Assembly: GCA_003344405.1 (NCBI GenBank)
Contig: NOWV01000208.1
Location: 1-64,000 of the forward strand
Direction: 5' to 3'
From: Trichoplax sp. H2
Taxonomy: Eukaryota
DNA length: 64,000 nucleotides
Below, piece after piece: positions 53,180 through 64,000 of the stretch (positions within the stretch are counted from its first letter, which is position 1; the number at the start of each line of letters is the position of its first letter). The position numbers were made by a program, and so were the translations under genes. A model generated the notes under the pieces. It was not told where the DNA came from, did not search any database, and worked only from the letters and a program-made list of their open reading frames with translations.

Positions 53180-54208
53180 TTAATTAGCTGGCGCTACATG
53201 AATGGTAGGTTGAAGTCGAACGTAGCATTGCGATTTACAAGTTAAAGCTTGTCTTAATGTTGAATTCATGAAGAAATAAATAATTGGATTTAGTAAACTA
53301 GATAAATATAAGGCAATAAAACAAATTTGTAAAATTTGAGCCTGAGATCGAGATAGACTAAGCATGTAGTTAAATGCGCTTTTACCCGATAGAGCTATAA
53401 TAATATAAATTATGAATAAAGGGCCAGCTAACAAAAAAAATATTACGGTCACGATAGACAACGTTTTGATGAGTTTAATATGATGTTTTCTAGTCAATTC
53501 AAAAGCTGATAAATTCCTTTGTTTACTGATTCCTTTTGCTAGTACAACAATTATTTTAGTATACATGATGATAACTGTAATCGCCGGTATCATGTAAGCT
53601 ACAATAAAAAGAATGATAAAATAAGTTCCGTTAAATGTTCTACTTATATTCTTGATATCGCATATTGGCGATGATGGAAAAACTGTCATTAAAACTCCGA
53701 ATGGTAATGCTACAATAGCAGCAATCAGCCAGATTAATCCAACAAGGATATTTAATTTCTTGTTAGAATTAAAAAGAGTTCGTCGGCGACTTTTCGTTGT
53801 TAAAATAAAAGTTCGATCAATACTGATAGCGCTTAAGGTCAATGTCGATGTAATCACACCACATATACTCGTAAAGCCAATTAATTTGCAAGCTATAGTT
53901 GCGGATATTACTGAAACTGCCATACTAGACATAATTGCATTTATTATTGTTGACGCTAATCCGGTGACGAGAATTATACAATCTGATATAGCCATATTAA
54001 CGACTAAACAAAATGTTGGTGTATGAAGCCTTTTTGTTTTGGCAGTAGCCCAACAAATTAATCCATTTGTAATAAGCCCAAACAAAGTGAATCCTGATAG
54101 AACTATGGGAGGAAAAGATAACGATACAGGGCTATTACTTCCATTACTAAAGGAAGTCGAAAGGTTTGCGGATGCTATTTTGGAATTTGAGACGGTAGAT
54201 CCTTCCAT
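53180..54208 (-). CDS. Intronless class A GPCR, subgroup B, 342 aa
   Basis: HTPTF…NMAISD, ACK…AISIDRT, YMIP, LNPIIY; close paralogue of 62300-63328. Confidence 0.96.
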   Translation of the reverse strand: MEGSTVSNSKIASANLSTSFSNGSNSPVSLSFPPIVLSGFTLFGLITNGLICWATAKTKRLHTPTFCLVVNMAISDCIILVTGLASTIINAIMSSMAVSVISATIACKLIGFTSICGVITSTLTLSAISIDRTFILTTKSRRRTLFNSNKKLNILVGLIWLIAAIVALPFGVLMTVFPSSPICDIKNISRTFNGTYFIILFIVAYMIPAITVIIMYTKIIVVLAKGISKQRNLSAFELTRKHHIKLIKTLSIVTVIFFLLAGPLFIIYIIIALSGKSAFNYMLSLSRSQAQILQICFIALYLSSLLNPIIYFFMNSTLRQALTCKSQCYVRLQPTIHVAPAN

Positions 54209-54850
54209 ATTTCTCTATAACCTATAATACTTGCAGCGTAATACATAAAGCAGGTAAATCATAAATTAATTTATGTCAGCCGAACTTCAACCTATCATAT
54301 TAAAGCAGCCGAACTTCAACCGACATTTTTTAAAGAGGCGTGGGCAAGGCAAATAATAAACTGCAAAATTATGAAATAATTAAATGAAAAAATAAACAAA
54401 TAACTGGAGAATTTACTGCACTGTGCTACACTTGCTTTTGCTTATTCACTCATTTGTTCTCATTATTTAGCGCTTTTCTATACCACATTAAACTAATGCA
54501 AATTAAAATCATGGTTCAATATAATCATAAAATATTTTAATAGGTGTGATACAGCTTTTTTTATCTGTAAAATTACTGTATGATTAATTAACTTGCTTTT
54601 AATATTACTTAGGCTTTAAAATTGCCATTTAGCTCTGCCTCATCATGATTTTTAAATCTGTTATCTACGCTAATTTATCAGTATAGTTGATTTAATGTGA
54701 TTATAATAATATATATTAAAAAAGACCATTTTAATCTAAATAAGATTGGTTTACTTCGTAAGTATAGTAATTAGAGCTAGTTTTACCTTATTATTAATTT
54801 ATGGAATAAATAATAATTTTCAAAATTAGTACAACTATTTTACGTTTCTG

Positions 54851-55305
54851 TGTAATGCTTGGGTCTTACAACCCCTTAGGCTCGCAATCGTCTAGCTTAA
54901 AATCTGAGTTGATACAATGGAGAAAATCTTTAAAGTGACACAAGATTTAGTAAATACCGTGTTTAACCTTAAAAAGTATCGTTTATCAACAGAACCCTGG
55001 ACAAGAGAAGAATCCGCGTTTCTTCCATCATAATAACTGTCGAAAGTGTGTAAGATAAGCCGGAGAATCGAGTTTATCTCAACGATAACAATTCCATATT
55101 ATCTAATAGTTACAGTAAGACATTACACGAAAACATCACCTTGTATAGCCGTCTACTGCTGCCTTTTACGCAAATACAGTGAGTTGTATAAGTACACCGT
55201 TTTATTGTCAGCAATCATGTAAATACCTAATAAGCATAGTAGACTATTCTATTTCTTAATGCTACCGTACTTCAATTACTACTGTAATATGCTGAAACTG
55301 CTACG
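54851..55305 (-). mobile_element. Solo LTR, family R-related
   Basis: TGTAATG…CTACG ends; TSD TTCTG at 54846-54850 and 55306-55310. Confidence 0.8.
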
Positions 55306-56006
55306 TTCTGCGTAATGAAGGGATTTTTATTCTCTGAGGTTCGTATTTCAGCAATACTAAAATTCGAGTTATTAAAATTAAGCAAACCTACATCGTAAGG
55401 TATTCGAAATGGTTAGAACGGCAGTTATTTAACTTTAAAAATAACTGTAGTGTGTTTACTATGAATATGACTATCGATAACCAATTTTTTCTTTCCTCCA
55501 TAAGACTAATTAAAATCGAGTACATTGAACTGAATAATCGGCTTAAACTCTACTACAACAGTTTCTCTCGGCTTATATAAACTTAATCCAACATTCCCAT
55601 TTAAAGCTCTATTCAGTATTAAAGAATTATATTAGTATTTTGCTCGTTGACGGAACTTTACTCTAACTGTCTATTAAGATCTTTTACGTTCATGATGCAA
55701 ATAATACAAGCAAGAGGTTACTTTTTGCCTGCTATCGTCTATAAACATTATATTAAATAAAGCTATGTAGGAATATAGGCAATAGACTACATAAAAGAGC
55801 GGTAGGCTGGTAGATCGGTAGACTTGAAGATTCCTAATAATTATATACTGATTTATTTCTTATCTACAGATCAATGCTTATCGATTATGAAATATATGGG
55901 GCAAATTTAGATTGATTGTATCATTGTTACAATAGTAACACTAGCAAATATTATATTTTGGAAAGATTTTAAGTTCAAGCCCTAAAGCTTTACATTTATA
56001 GTTTTT

Positions 56007-56635
56007 TGTGACAGTGTTATATACAGTACTAAAGTAGAAATATTTATGTCAGGATAATTTTGCTAGCTTATTTTTATTTATTTAACTTCTAATTTGGATA
56101 TACTGTCTTTTAATATAGCACTGGCTTTTTATGACATTGACACACATATACATATATTGAAATTAATCGTTATATTAGGGAATGCCAATTATCTACTTAC
56201 AGTTCGAATTATTGCGATTGTAACTTACTATTAGTAGATTGTAAATTATCGCAGAAATGTTCCGTGATAGGATATATCGTAATCTGACTATTCTGTATTA
56301 GTCATTAGATGTCTAAGTACATAATTGCTGTTGTCTGCATTAGGGAGCGGTAGCTAAATTAATGTCTAATTCAGTGAATGATTCCAAAGTTAATCGTACT
56401 AACTATGTATCAAGGACTATTGCGGAAGAGTATATAAATGCTGTAAATTGTGTAAAAAAAGTTAGTTCTTAAACTAAGTGTTTAACGTAAAATACGAGAC
56501 GTCTAAGTCTTTGTGTAGTCTGCTAGTAGAGCAAAAGTGTTCCCAATAGTACAGATATCGTTCCTTGATACATGGTTCAAGGAATTGAATTATTGATCGT
56601 ACATTACATTATCTTGTTGCAAGCTTTTTGTGATA
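56007..56635 (+). mobile_element. Solo LTR, family M (more diverged copy)
   Basis: Full-length homology to 33599-34225; TGTGACA…TGTGATA ends; TSD degenerate. Confidence 0.9.
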
Positions 56636-58509
56636 CTTTCACTATAATTATGACAGCTATCAATACTTACTAGCTAAACCCGTAGAAATTAATTGGAATA
56701 TATTCTAGTTTTAGGTTAATAGACAGTCAGAATTCGGTTTAATAGCGTGGCATACGTAAAATGACATTAATATGATTTGATAATACAATATGAAGTAAAT
56801 TGAATAATTAAGTAATCACCGTTCTTAAGAATTTTCAGCATGGTAAGGTCTTACTGTAATATATTATTAAATTATCATGCATAAGAAAATATAAGATAAC
56901 ACGCATCGGAAATGGAATGTGGATTGACAAGATCCTCAATTTAAATTTCATAGAATCTTTCAGCATCGTTTTATATTTTAATTAACTTTAAGGATAAGAA
57001 AGATAGCAGTACATTAATAAAAACAGTAAATAATTATTTGATTATCAAATAGGAAATATATTCAATAATAATTCGCATAGCCATGTAGAATAGCAGGTAT
57101 GAGTCATTTTCTACTTCAACATCAACAATTCTGATCGAATTAATCTTGGAGTAGTATTGGTAGTACAAAAAAATTAAATTTACTAAATTAAATTGAACTT
57201 CCAACAATTGAAGTCCAAATAAAATAAATTAGGGGAACAACACCAGTTTTTTATAACTTTAACAACAATCTTAGCAAAACTTCTTAAAATGAATAATAAA
57301 ATACGGGCAAAACTGCCCCTGCCCAAACGAAGCAAACTATCAATTAATGAGATAATTCACGATTATCCACGAGTTTTCTTGTCTTCTCTAACTTCAACTC
57401 CACTAAATGACTGAACTACGCTATCTTTGATATGCTACGCTGAGCATTTGATGATAGTAGACTATCATTCTAAAGTAATTCAAATTAAACTAGCAATCAA
57501 ACGCACATGATAAGATAAATTATACCCTAGACTCCCTAAAACTACTAAATTAATATTAAGTGTAGTTTAGCTTTAAACTGTACATTTCTTCAGTATACGC
57601 TAAAGTAAAAGAACAATCTCAGATCAAATGTTTTAGGTTCATACTGTATGAAATTGCAAAAGTAACAGTAACTTCTACTGTAATTAATGATCAAAATTAG
57701 CACACATACTGTGTATTCTATTAACTAAATATATCGCTTGAATTATAAAATCATAATATCTGATTCTTAACAAAAATTATGCTACGGATTATCTTAACTT
57801 CTAACCCGAATAAAGCAATCGGGTTTACAGTATACTAAGATACTAAGTAAAATTTGCTATTATAATCAACCAAATAAGTAATGTTCATTAAGCTAGAATA
57901 ATTCCAAGACTTGAACTTGAAGGAAAATTCTAAAAATCAACCTTCATTACATTGGCAAAAGAGTAGATCTAAATGCTTCCGTTTGCAGCAGCAATATTGC
58001 ATCACTCGATTTGATCTATCTTAAATACTTAATCGATACTTTCGGGTGTAACTAATCAATAAGATTAAGATATTAGATAACTATGTTGATAGATGCCATA
58101 CGGTTCATCCTGGGGAATATTTTAATACGCCACAGAAATAAGTTAGGAAGAGATCTTACAGGAAAGACTGAATAGGATTATACGTAATATTTTAGCTGCA
58201 AATGAAAATGACTTAATTTAGTACCAAATAGATAGGAGTTTCTTGGAAATTGTTCCACGTATGCGTAATAAAGAAACTTCAGCTGTTCTTTAAAATTCAT
58301 AAATTCTACCTTACCTTTTATCATGTTGCCACAAACGAGCTTTGCGGCAAGGTTCACGTAAAACAAGTCTCTAAATTTCTAAAGCTTTAGGGATTCAGTA
58401 TTACTTGACTACTCATAGGAACTTAAACGCAAAGGCATCTAAGTTACACAACTAGTGGAATGATTTTATTAAATGGTCTATAGAGCTTAAGTAGTATAGA
58501 GAAATTTAA

Positions 58510-58856
58510 GCGAATTGACTTGATAAAGAATATCAATTTACAACCTATAGTCGAAAACAAATTTGCCATTTCTGTCATGGATAGGACCGTATTAAGTAAT
58601 GGCATTAGTAATCTAGTTAGAAGAATCTGACTATCTAAATTGGCCATATTAAAGACTAAGCGAAATATTGGTGTGTGAGATTTTTGCCTCTTGAGAATCG
58701 CCTTGCAACTCAAGCCGTTGGTAGTACAGCCAAATAACGTAATCATTAGCATAAAAGGCACAGTAATTTAAGGATTGATTTCTCTGATACTTTTATTGCT
58801 AGACGATATGCAAAGTGCTACGGTTGAATTTTTTCCGTATGCATTTGAAGATATCA
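58510..58856 (-). pseudogene. 5' fragment of a GPCR pseudogene (TM1 to start of TM3)
   Basis: HTPIFRLVFNMANLD…FSTIGCKLIFF; paralogous to about 49900-50243; homology stops near 58510. Confidence 0.88.
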
Positions 58857-59685
58857 TCGTATCAGTGATCTATTAATAAATTAATTACACATATTTTAAT
58901 TGCTAGTATTCTCATCAATTGAGTAACAGTAAACGCTTGAAATGAATTTATTACGGTAGTATTATGAAATAATCAATCCAGAAGTAGAGGGATTGAGCTA
59001 TGGAATTTAGAAGGTATTATGCATTCTAAGTATGTCTTGGTATTATATTGATTAATTAGATTACACTCTCATCATCAATAAGTATTGGAGCTACTATACT
59101 TTACCGTAGTTACAACATTTAACAGATATTTATTTCTTCATTTCATACAATACCAATTCTGAAATTGATCTAATTACAGTCATCTATTAAAGGAAACATG
59201 CAAGATTAAAAGAAGTCCCTACATCTACCTTGCCCTTTATTAGTCTATTGTGAGAAAATAATATTTATTAATCCTAGATATTGTCCATGCAAGCAAACAC
59301 GGAGATTAGTGTAGGATACTATACTTGATTTCTATTTTGCTTTTCCTTCATTTGTTTAGGAATTGCAAATATTTGAGCACCACCTTAATTTGTTTTTTTA
59401 TTATAGGTATAGCAATATCCTATAATAATACTAGAACTGATAACAACATCAATGTTTTATTTTTTAACTGAATTATAAATATGAAATTAAATAATAATAC
59501 TTTACATCCTTTGATGAATAAAACGTTCTACTTGCATCTCATTGCTAATTTCTTCTAGATTACAAGTAATTGCATTGATATTGAATGAATTATTATAAGA
59601 TATAGTAAACATTAACGGTGATAAAAATGTTAGTAGTAACAACCTAATTAACTAAATCTTGATTACCTCGCCCAATATGAAAGCA

Positions 59686-60417
59686 TAATGCTGCGTATAC
59701 GCTCTTAACCTTAGGTTCGCAATTCGATAACTCAAAATTTGAGCGTTTAAAAATGTGTCACAAACGGTCAAGAACGTGTTATTGACTTTCGAAATAACGT
59801 TTATTGCGCTCATCTGTTGTAGAATAATTCTAATATCTTTCTCTCAAGAAACAGTTGCAATTGGCTAAGATAAACTGGATAATCGGCATATGGTGAAATC
59901 TCTACCATAGCAATACCATACAGCTTATAAATATTACAATATTACATTCAAATACCCCTCTACATAAGAGCCATCAATCACATAAGTACATTGCTTAACA
60001 ACAACATTTAATGATTTAATGAGGCTGCCAGAACGGCCTTACATAGTATAGCTTTACTTTTAAAGCTCATACTAAGTCATGTTAATTGTCTGGGAGTAAT
60101 TCCCTATAGTAACTTATACAATTTGTGGAAGGAGCAGTTTACTAGTATGCCCCACAAATGAGTGGGGAAGGTATAAAACGCCGAGCGAATTGCCATTCGT
60201 CGGCAGTAGTCGCTCCGGGCTAAGACGAACTAGTAGAGACTAGAAACCAAATGACTGGTGAATAAAAAGTGCTAGTGGTCTGAAAGAAACCTGAATAGTT
60301 GTGTGACTGTGAGGAAAGAGTTAGTTTTACCCTAGAAGAAGACTTCCAAGTTAGTGGAAGACATACACAATTACTATAGCACCTGACCTAACCAAATCAC
60401 AAGTGGGATTTGTGACA
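59686..60417. mobile_element. Family R LTR remnant (about 59686-60050) followed by the 3' part of another LTR ending TGTGACA at 60417
   Basis: Homology to about 8640-9000; the second piece has GGTATAAAA, AATAAA and a TGTGACA end; no TSD found. Confidence 0.55.
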
Positions 60418-62299
60418 ATGGTATAGTCTGTTCTTAATAAAATACAATTTCCACCAGACTGTTGTATAACTTCTTATTTGTGTAATCTATATTCAATAAT
60501 CCACTTTATGGAAAGCTGAGTATACTCTAGTTTGATTGTATCCTAAAAATTCTTCATTTGAAAGTAAGGTATTTTCATGAATCATTTGCGTTTTAAAAAT
60601 AATTCTTAGTCTGCTTTTTACGTTATAAAAGCAATTATCGTAGATGTATCTCGCTATTTAGTTCTGCTTTTTACATGGTAAGCTTGCACGCTTAACCTAT
60701 TTTATATTACCAGAGCTATTCGACTAGTCATTTCGTTATAAACGTTCTAATTTCACACCGTTTTTCTTTTTGCGCTGATTCCAATAAACTCTACAATTCC
60801 GCTAATTTAACTCAGATAATCTACTGCGATTATGATGGACCCTAAATCTTCCGAAAAATTACTCGTAATATATGGTGCATGAGAGAAATTTCACAATACT
60901 AGCCATCATTTACACTTTATGATAACATAAAGTTCTGTACTGCTCACTATTTCTCTATTCCTTAACGCATAACTACTATAATTAGCGGAAATTACTACGC
61001 AATGTTAGCCATGATTCTAAGTGCCAAAGTATATCATGTACATTATTATAATTTGATTATACCGTCTATTTTCTGTCTAATTTGGTGTCGATACATAGAA
61101 ATTGCTGTGAAAGAATTCCATAGTCTATTTCAATAGTACCAAGGAAAATTTACTCAGTATTAACTTTCTCATTTAATGTAATAATTTAGATTCAAGTCAA
61201 TCCGTAAAGATTTGCATTTTTTCTGACTTCTTAATGAACACTCTATATTTAGTTTTAATAACCTCATCGAAGCAATTCAGTTAGCTAAAGCAAAATTAAG
61301 TTAGTTGGGAACACGAGTACTAGTAAAGATAGTGTTTAAGACTCGTTTTCTAGTTACAAAGGAGATTTGTAATACCAAGTTTATACAAATCTCACCTGCA
61401 AATCTTTATTAATAGTAATTATTATTATTAAACGAAGAAAATGCATGCATTCCGTAAATTAACTTGAGTATCGATTTATTTAATATTTATACAATGATTT
61501 AAAAATTAATTTAAGCTGTCAAGTAAGAATGAATTATTCACGATGACAGTAACGTCAGAAATGGACCTAACATTGAGAGAAAGCCTATTCCATTCTATCA
61601 TGATTTCTTATTTCATTGCATTTGGGGCAGTAGTTAATTATTAGGAGTTCGAAATATAAATATCCTTAATAATTAAATATTTGGAGCTGAGGATAGATCT
61701 AACACTTAGCATTTAAACACAAATTCCAAGACCGTAATATATGTAACTTCGATAGAGTAAAGCAAAAAGTGGTTAATGCAGTAATAATCAGGTGTAAGTG
61801 AAAGGATAGCAGAAAGATTAAGGTCTTTACAGGTATATAAAGTAAGACATTAAAATTTAAAACTATTTAATGTAGAGATCAGATCGTCATTAAAACTAAT
61901 GAATTCTAACACCGAATGAGTCGACTTTCCTGACAGTTATAAGTAATTGAAGTTCGGTGTTCATACTTGAAATTTTTAGTATTAGTATTTATATCGCGTA
62001 ACGAAAATTTATCTAATAAGGATAAAATCTAACGACATATTCCTAAATAGTTCCTGCGAAACTGTACGAAGAATTCGATAAAAAGATTAACTTTTTCAGT
62101 AATGCTTATACTACTGATTATTGATACGTAGTTCCACAGGATTTGATATTAGAGTCGTTAGAGTATTCTTTTGAAAAAGAGAATCAATTTTTCTATATGG
62201 AACCCTACAGACGTAAATAATTTTCAATCAATCTTAAAATTAACCATGATAGCGGAAGTAATTTCAAGCGCAGCGGGTATAATGTATTTCTATATTCAG

Positions 62300-63328
62300 T
62301 TAATAAACTGGTACCATATGAATAGTAGACTGAACTCGATAGCGGCATTGCAATTTACAAGTTAAAGCTTGTCTTAATGTTGTATTCATACAAAAGTAAA
62401 TAATTGGATTTGCTAAACAAGAAAAATATCCAACAATAAAACAAATTTGTATTATTTGAGCTTGAGTTTGAGATAGGCTGAGCATGTAGTTAAATGAACT
62501 TTGACCAGAAAAAGCAAAGATAATATAAACGATTAATATAGGACAAGTTAATGACAAAAATATTATAGTCACGATAGACAGCGATTTAATGAGTTTAATA
62601 TGATGCTTTCTAGTCAATTCAAAAGTCGATAAAGTCCTTCGACTGTCGATTCCTTTAGCTAGCACACTCATTATTTTAGCGTACTTAGTCATAACTATAA
62701 TCGCCGGTATTATGCAGGCTACTATAAGAAGAAGGATAAAATAAGTTACGTTAAAAGTTCTTCTTCTGTTCATGATATCACACATTCGCGATGATGGATA
62801 AATTGTCATCAAGACTGCAAATGGTATTGCTGCAATAGTACCAATCGACCAGATCAATCCAATAAGAATAGCTAATTTCCAGTAAGAATTAAAGAGAGTT
62901 CTTCGACAACTTTTCGTAGTTAAAATAAAATTTCGATCAATACTGATGGCACTTAGGGTTAATGTCGATGCAATTACACTACATACGTTGGCAAAGCCGA
63001 CTAATTTGCAAGCTACAGATGCGGATAAGACTGAAAGAGTTTTGCTTGATAAGATGGCATTTAATGATGCTGCTGATAATCCAGAGACGAGAAATATACA
63101 ATCTGATATAGCCATATTAAAGACTAAATAAAATGTTGGTGTATGAAGTTTTTTCGTTTTTGTTATAGCCAAACAAATTAATCCGTTGGTAATAAGTCCG
63201 AACAAAGTCAACCCTGATAGAACTAACGCAGATAAAGATGAAGCTACAGGGCTGTTAGTTCTATTACCAAATGAGACCGAAAGATTTACGGATGTTTTTT
63301 CCAAATTTAAGATAGTGGATCTATTCAT
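62300..63328 (-). CDS. Intronless class A GPCR, subgroup B, 342 aa
   Basis: HTPTFYLVFNMAISD, AISIDRN, CIIP, ANPIIY; same length as and colinear with 53180-54208. Confidence 0.96.
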   Translation of the reverse strand: MNRSTILNLEKTSVNLSVSFGNRTNSPVASSLSALVLSGLTLFGLITNGLICLAITKTKKLHTPTFYLVFNMAISDCIFLVSGLSAASLNAILSSKTLSVLSASVACKLVGFANVCSVIASTLTLSAISIDRNFILTTKSCRRTLFNSYWKLAILIGLIWSIGTIAAIPFAVLMTIYPSSRMCDIMNRRRTFNVTYFILLLIVACIIPAIIVMTKYAKIMSVLAKGIDSRRTLSTFELTRKHHIKLIKSLSIVTIIFLSLTCPILIVYIIFAFSGQSSFNYMLSLSQTQAQIIQICFIVGYFSCLANPIIYFCMNTTLRQALTCKLQCRYRVQSTIHMVPVY

Positions 63329-63703
63329 AATTCCTTTTACACCTATATACTTGAAGCATAAATGTGATACAACTATTTTACATCAGAGAAATTTATATCT
63401 GACATTTACCTATTGTTTATTAAATAAGGATTGCTATAGTATGGTAAGATAATAAGCTAAAATAGGAAAACGAAATAATTTTATGAAATAATAAATAAAT
63501 AACCAAAGTATTAACTCTATTGTACCGTACTTCCTATTGTACGTCAACCCATTTATCCTTATTATTTAGCGTTTTTCTATAGTGCATTTAGCCACTGTAT
63601 TTTAATTTTACGGTTAAATATTGTAATAAAATATTCTAACAGGTATAAAGCAAATTTTTCTGGTTATGAAATTACTACATGACNNNNNNNNNNNNNNNNN
63701 NNN

Positions 63704-63948
63704 TTTTTTTATTATAGGTATAGCAATATCCTATAATAATACTAGAACTGATAACAACATCAATGTTTTATTTTTTAACTGAATTATAAATATGAAATTA
63801 AATAATAATACTTTACATCCTTTGATGAATAAAACGTTCTACTTGCATCTCATTGCTAATTTCTTCTAGATTACAAGTAATTGCATTGATATTGAATGAA
63901 TTATTATAAGATACAGTAAACATTAACGGTGATAAAAATGTTAGTAGT
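63704..63948 (+). repeat. Near-identical copy of 59393-59637 after an N-gap
   Basis: One substitution seen (TATAG/TACAG). Confidence 0.9.
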
Positions 63949-64000
63949 TGTCACAACCCTCACTTGTGGCAAAGGAAAGTAAAGAACTCTAGTGTAGTTA
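63949..64000 (-). mobile_element. Family K LTR end, runs off the window
   Basis: Near-exact reverse complement of 25159-25210. Confidence 0.9.

Noticed and set aside
57900..58440. Coding-like remnant abutting the truncated GPCR pseudogene
   Set aside because: Multiple stops and no recognisable domain.
53652..63452. Antisense ORFs over GPCR genes (53652, 54039, 62946, 63186; also 49642)
   Set aside because: Shadow frames of hydrophobic coding sequence, broken at different places in the paralogues.

Overview
AT-rich eukaryotic (animal) genomic DNA from a gapped, apparently heterozygous assembly. Short GT-AG introns plus a tandem cluster of intronless orphan rhodopsin-type GPCRs suggest an early-branching invertebrate such as a placozoan (inference, not proven). 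Layout: (i) 1-2430, tandem arrays saturated with TA-CAG/CTG-TA motifs that resemble stacked Tc1/mariner excision footprints; (ii) 4578-7186, a cytosolic 5'-nucleotidase III (NT5C3) gene with at least 11 exons, reconstructed by hand and absent from the ORF track; (iii) 8-64 kb, seven intact intronless class A GPCR genes, three GPCR pseudogenes, and many TG...CA solo LTRs with 5-bp target-site duplications (TSDs), some nested. Best leads: an LTR element whose gypsy-type RNase H motif and stop sit just before the polypurine tract (possible Gmr1-like domain order) and whose two outer ends are inverted U5 ends inside one TSD; an alternative-haplotype contig lacking both that insertion and a whole GPCR gene; a terminal stem-loop shared by unrelated LTR families; and the footprint-saturated region. 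All coordinates and alignments were read by eye; no searches were run.
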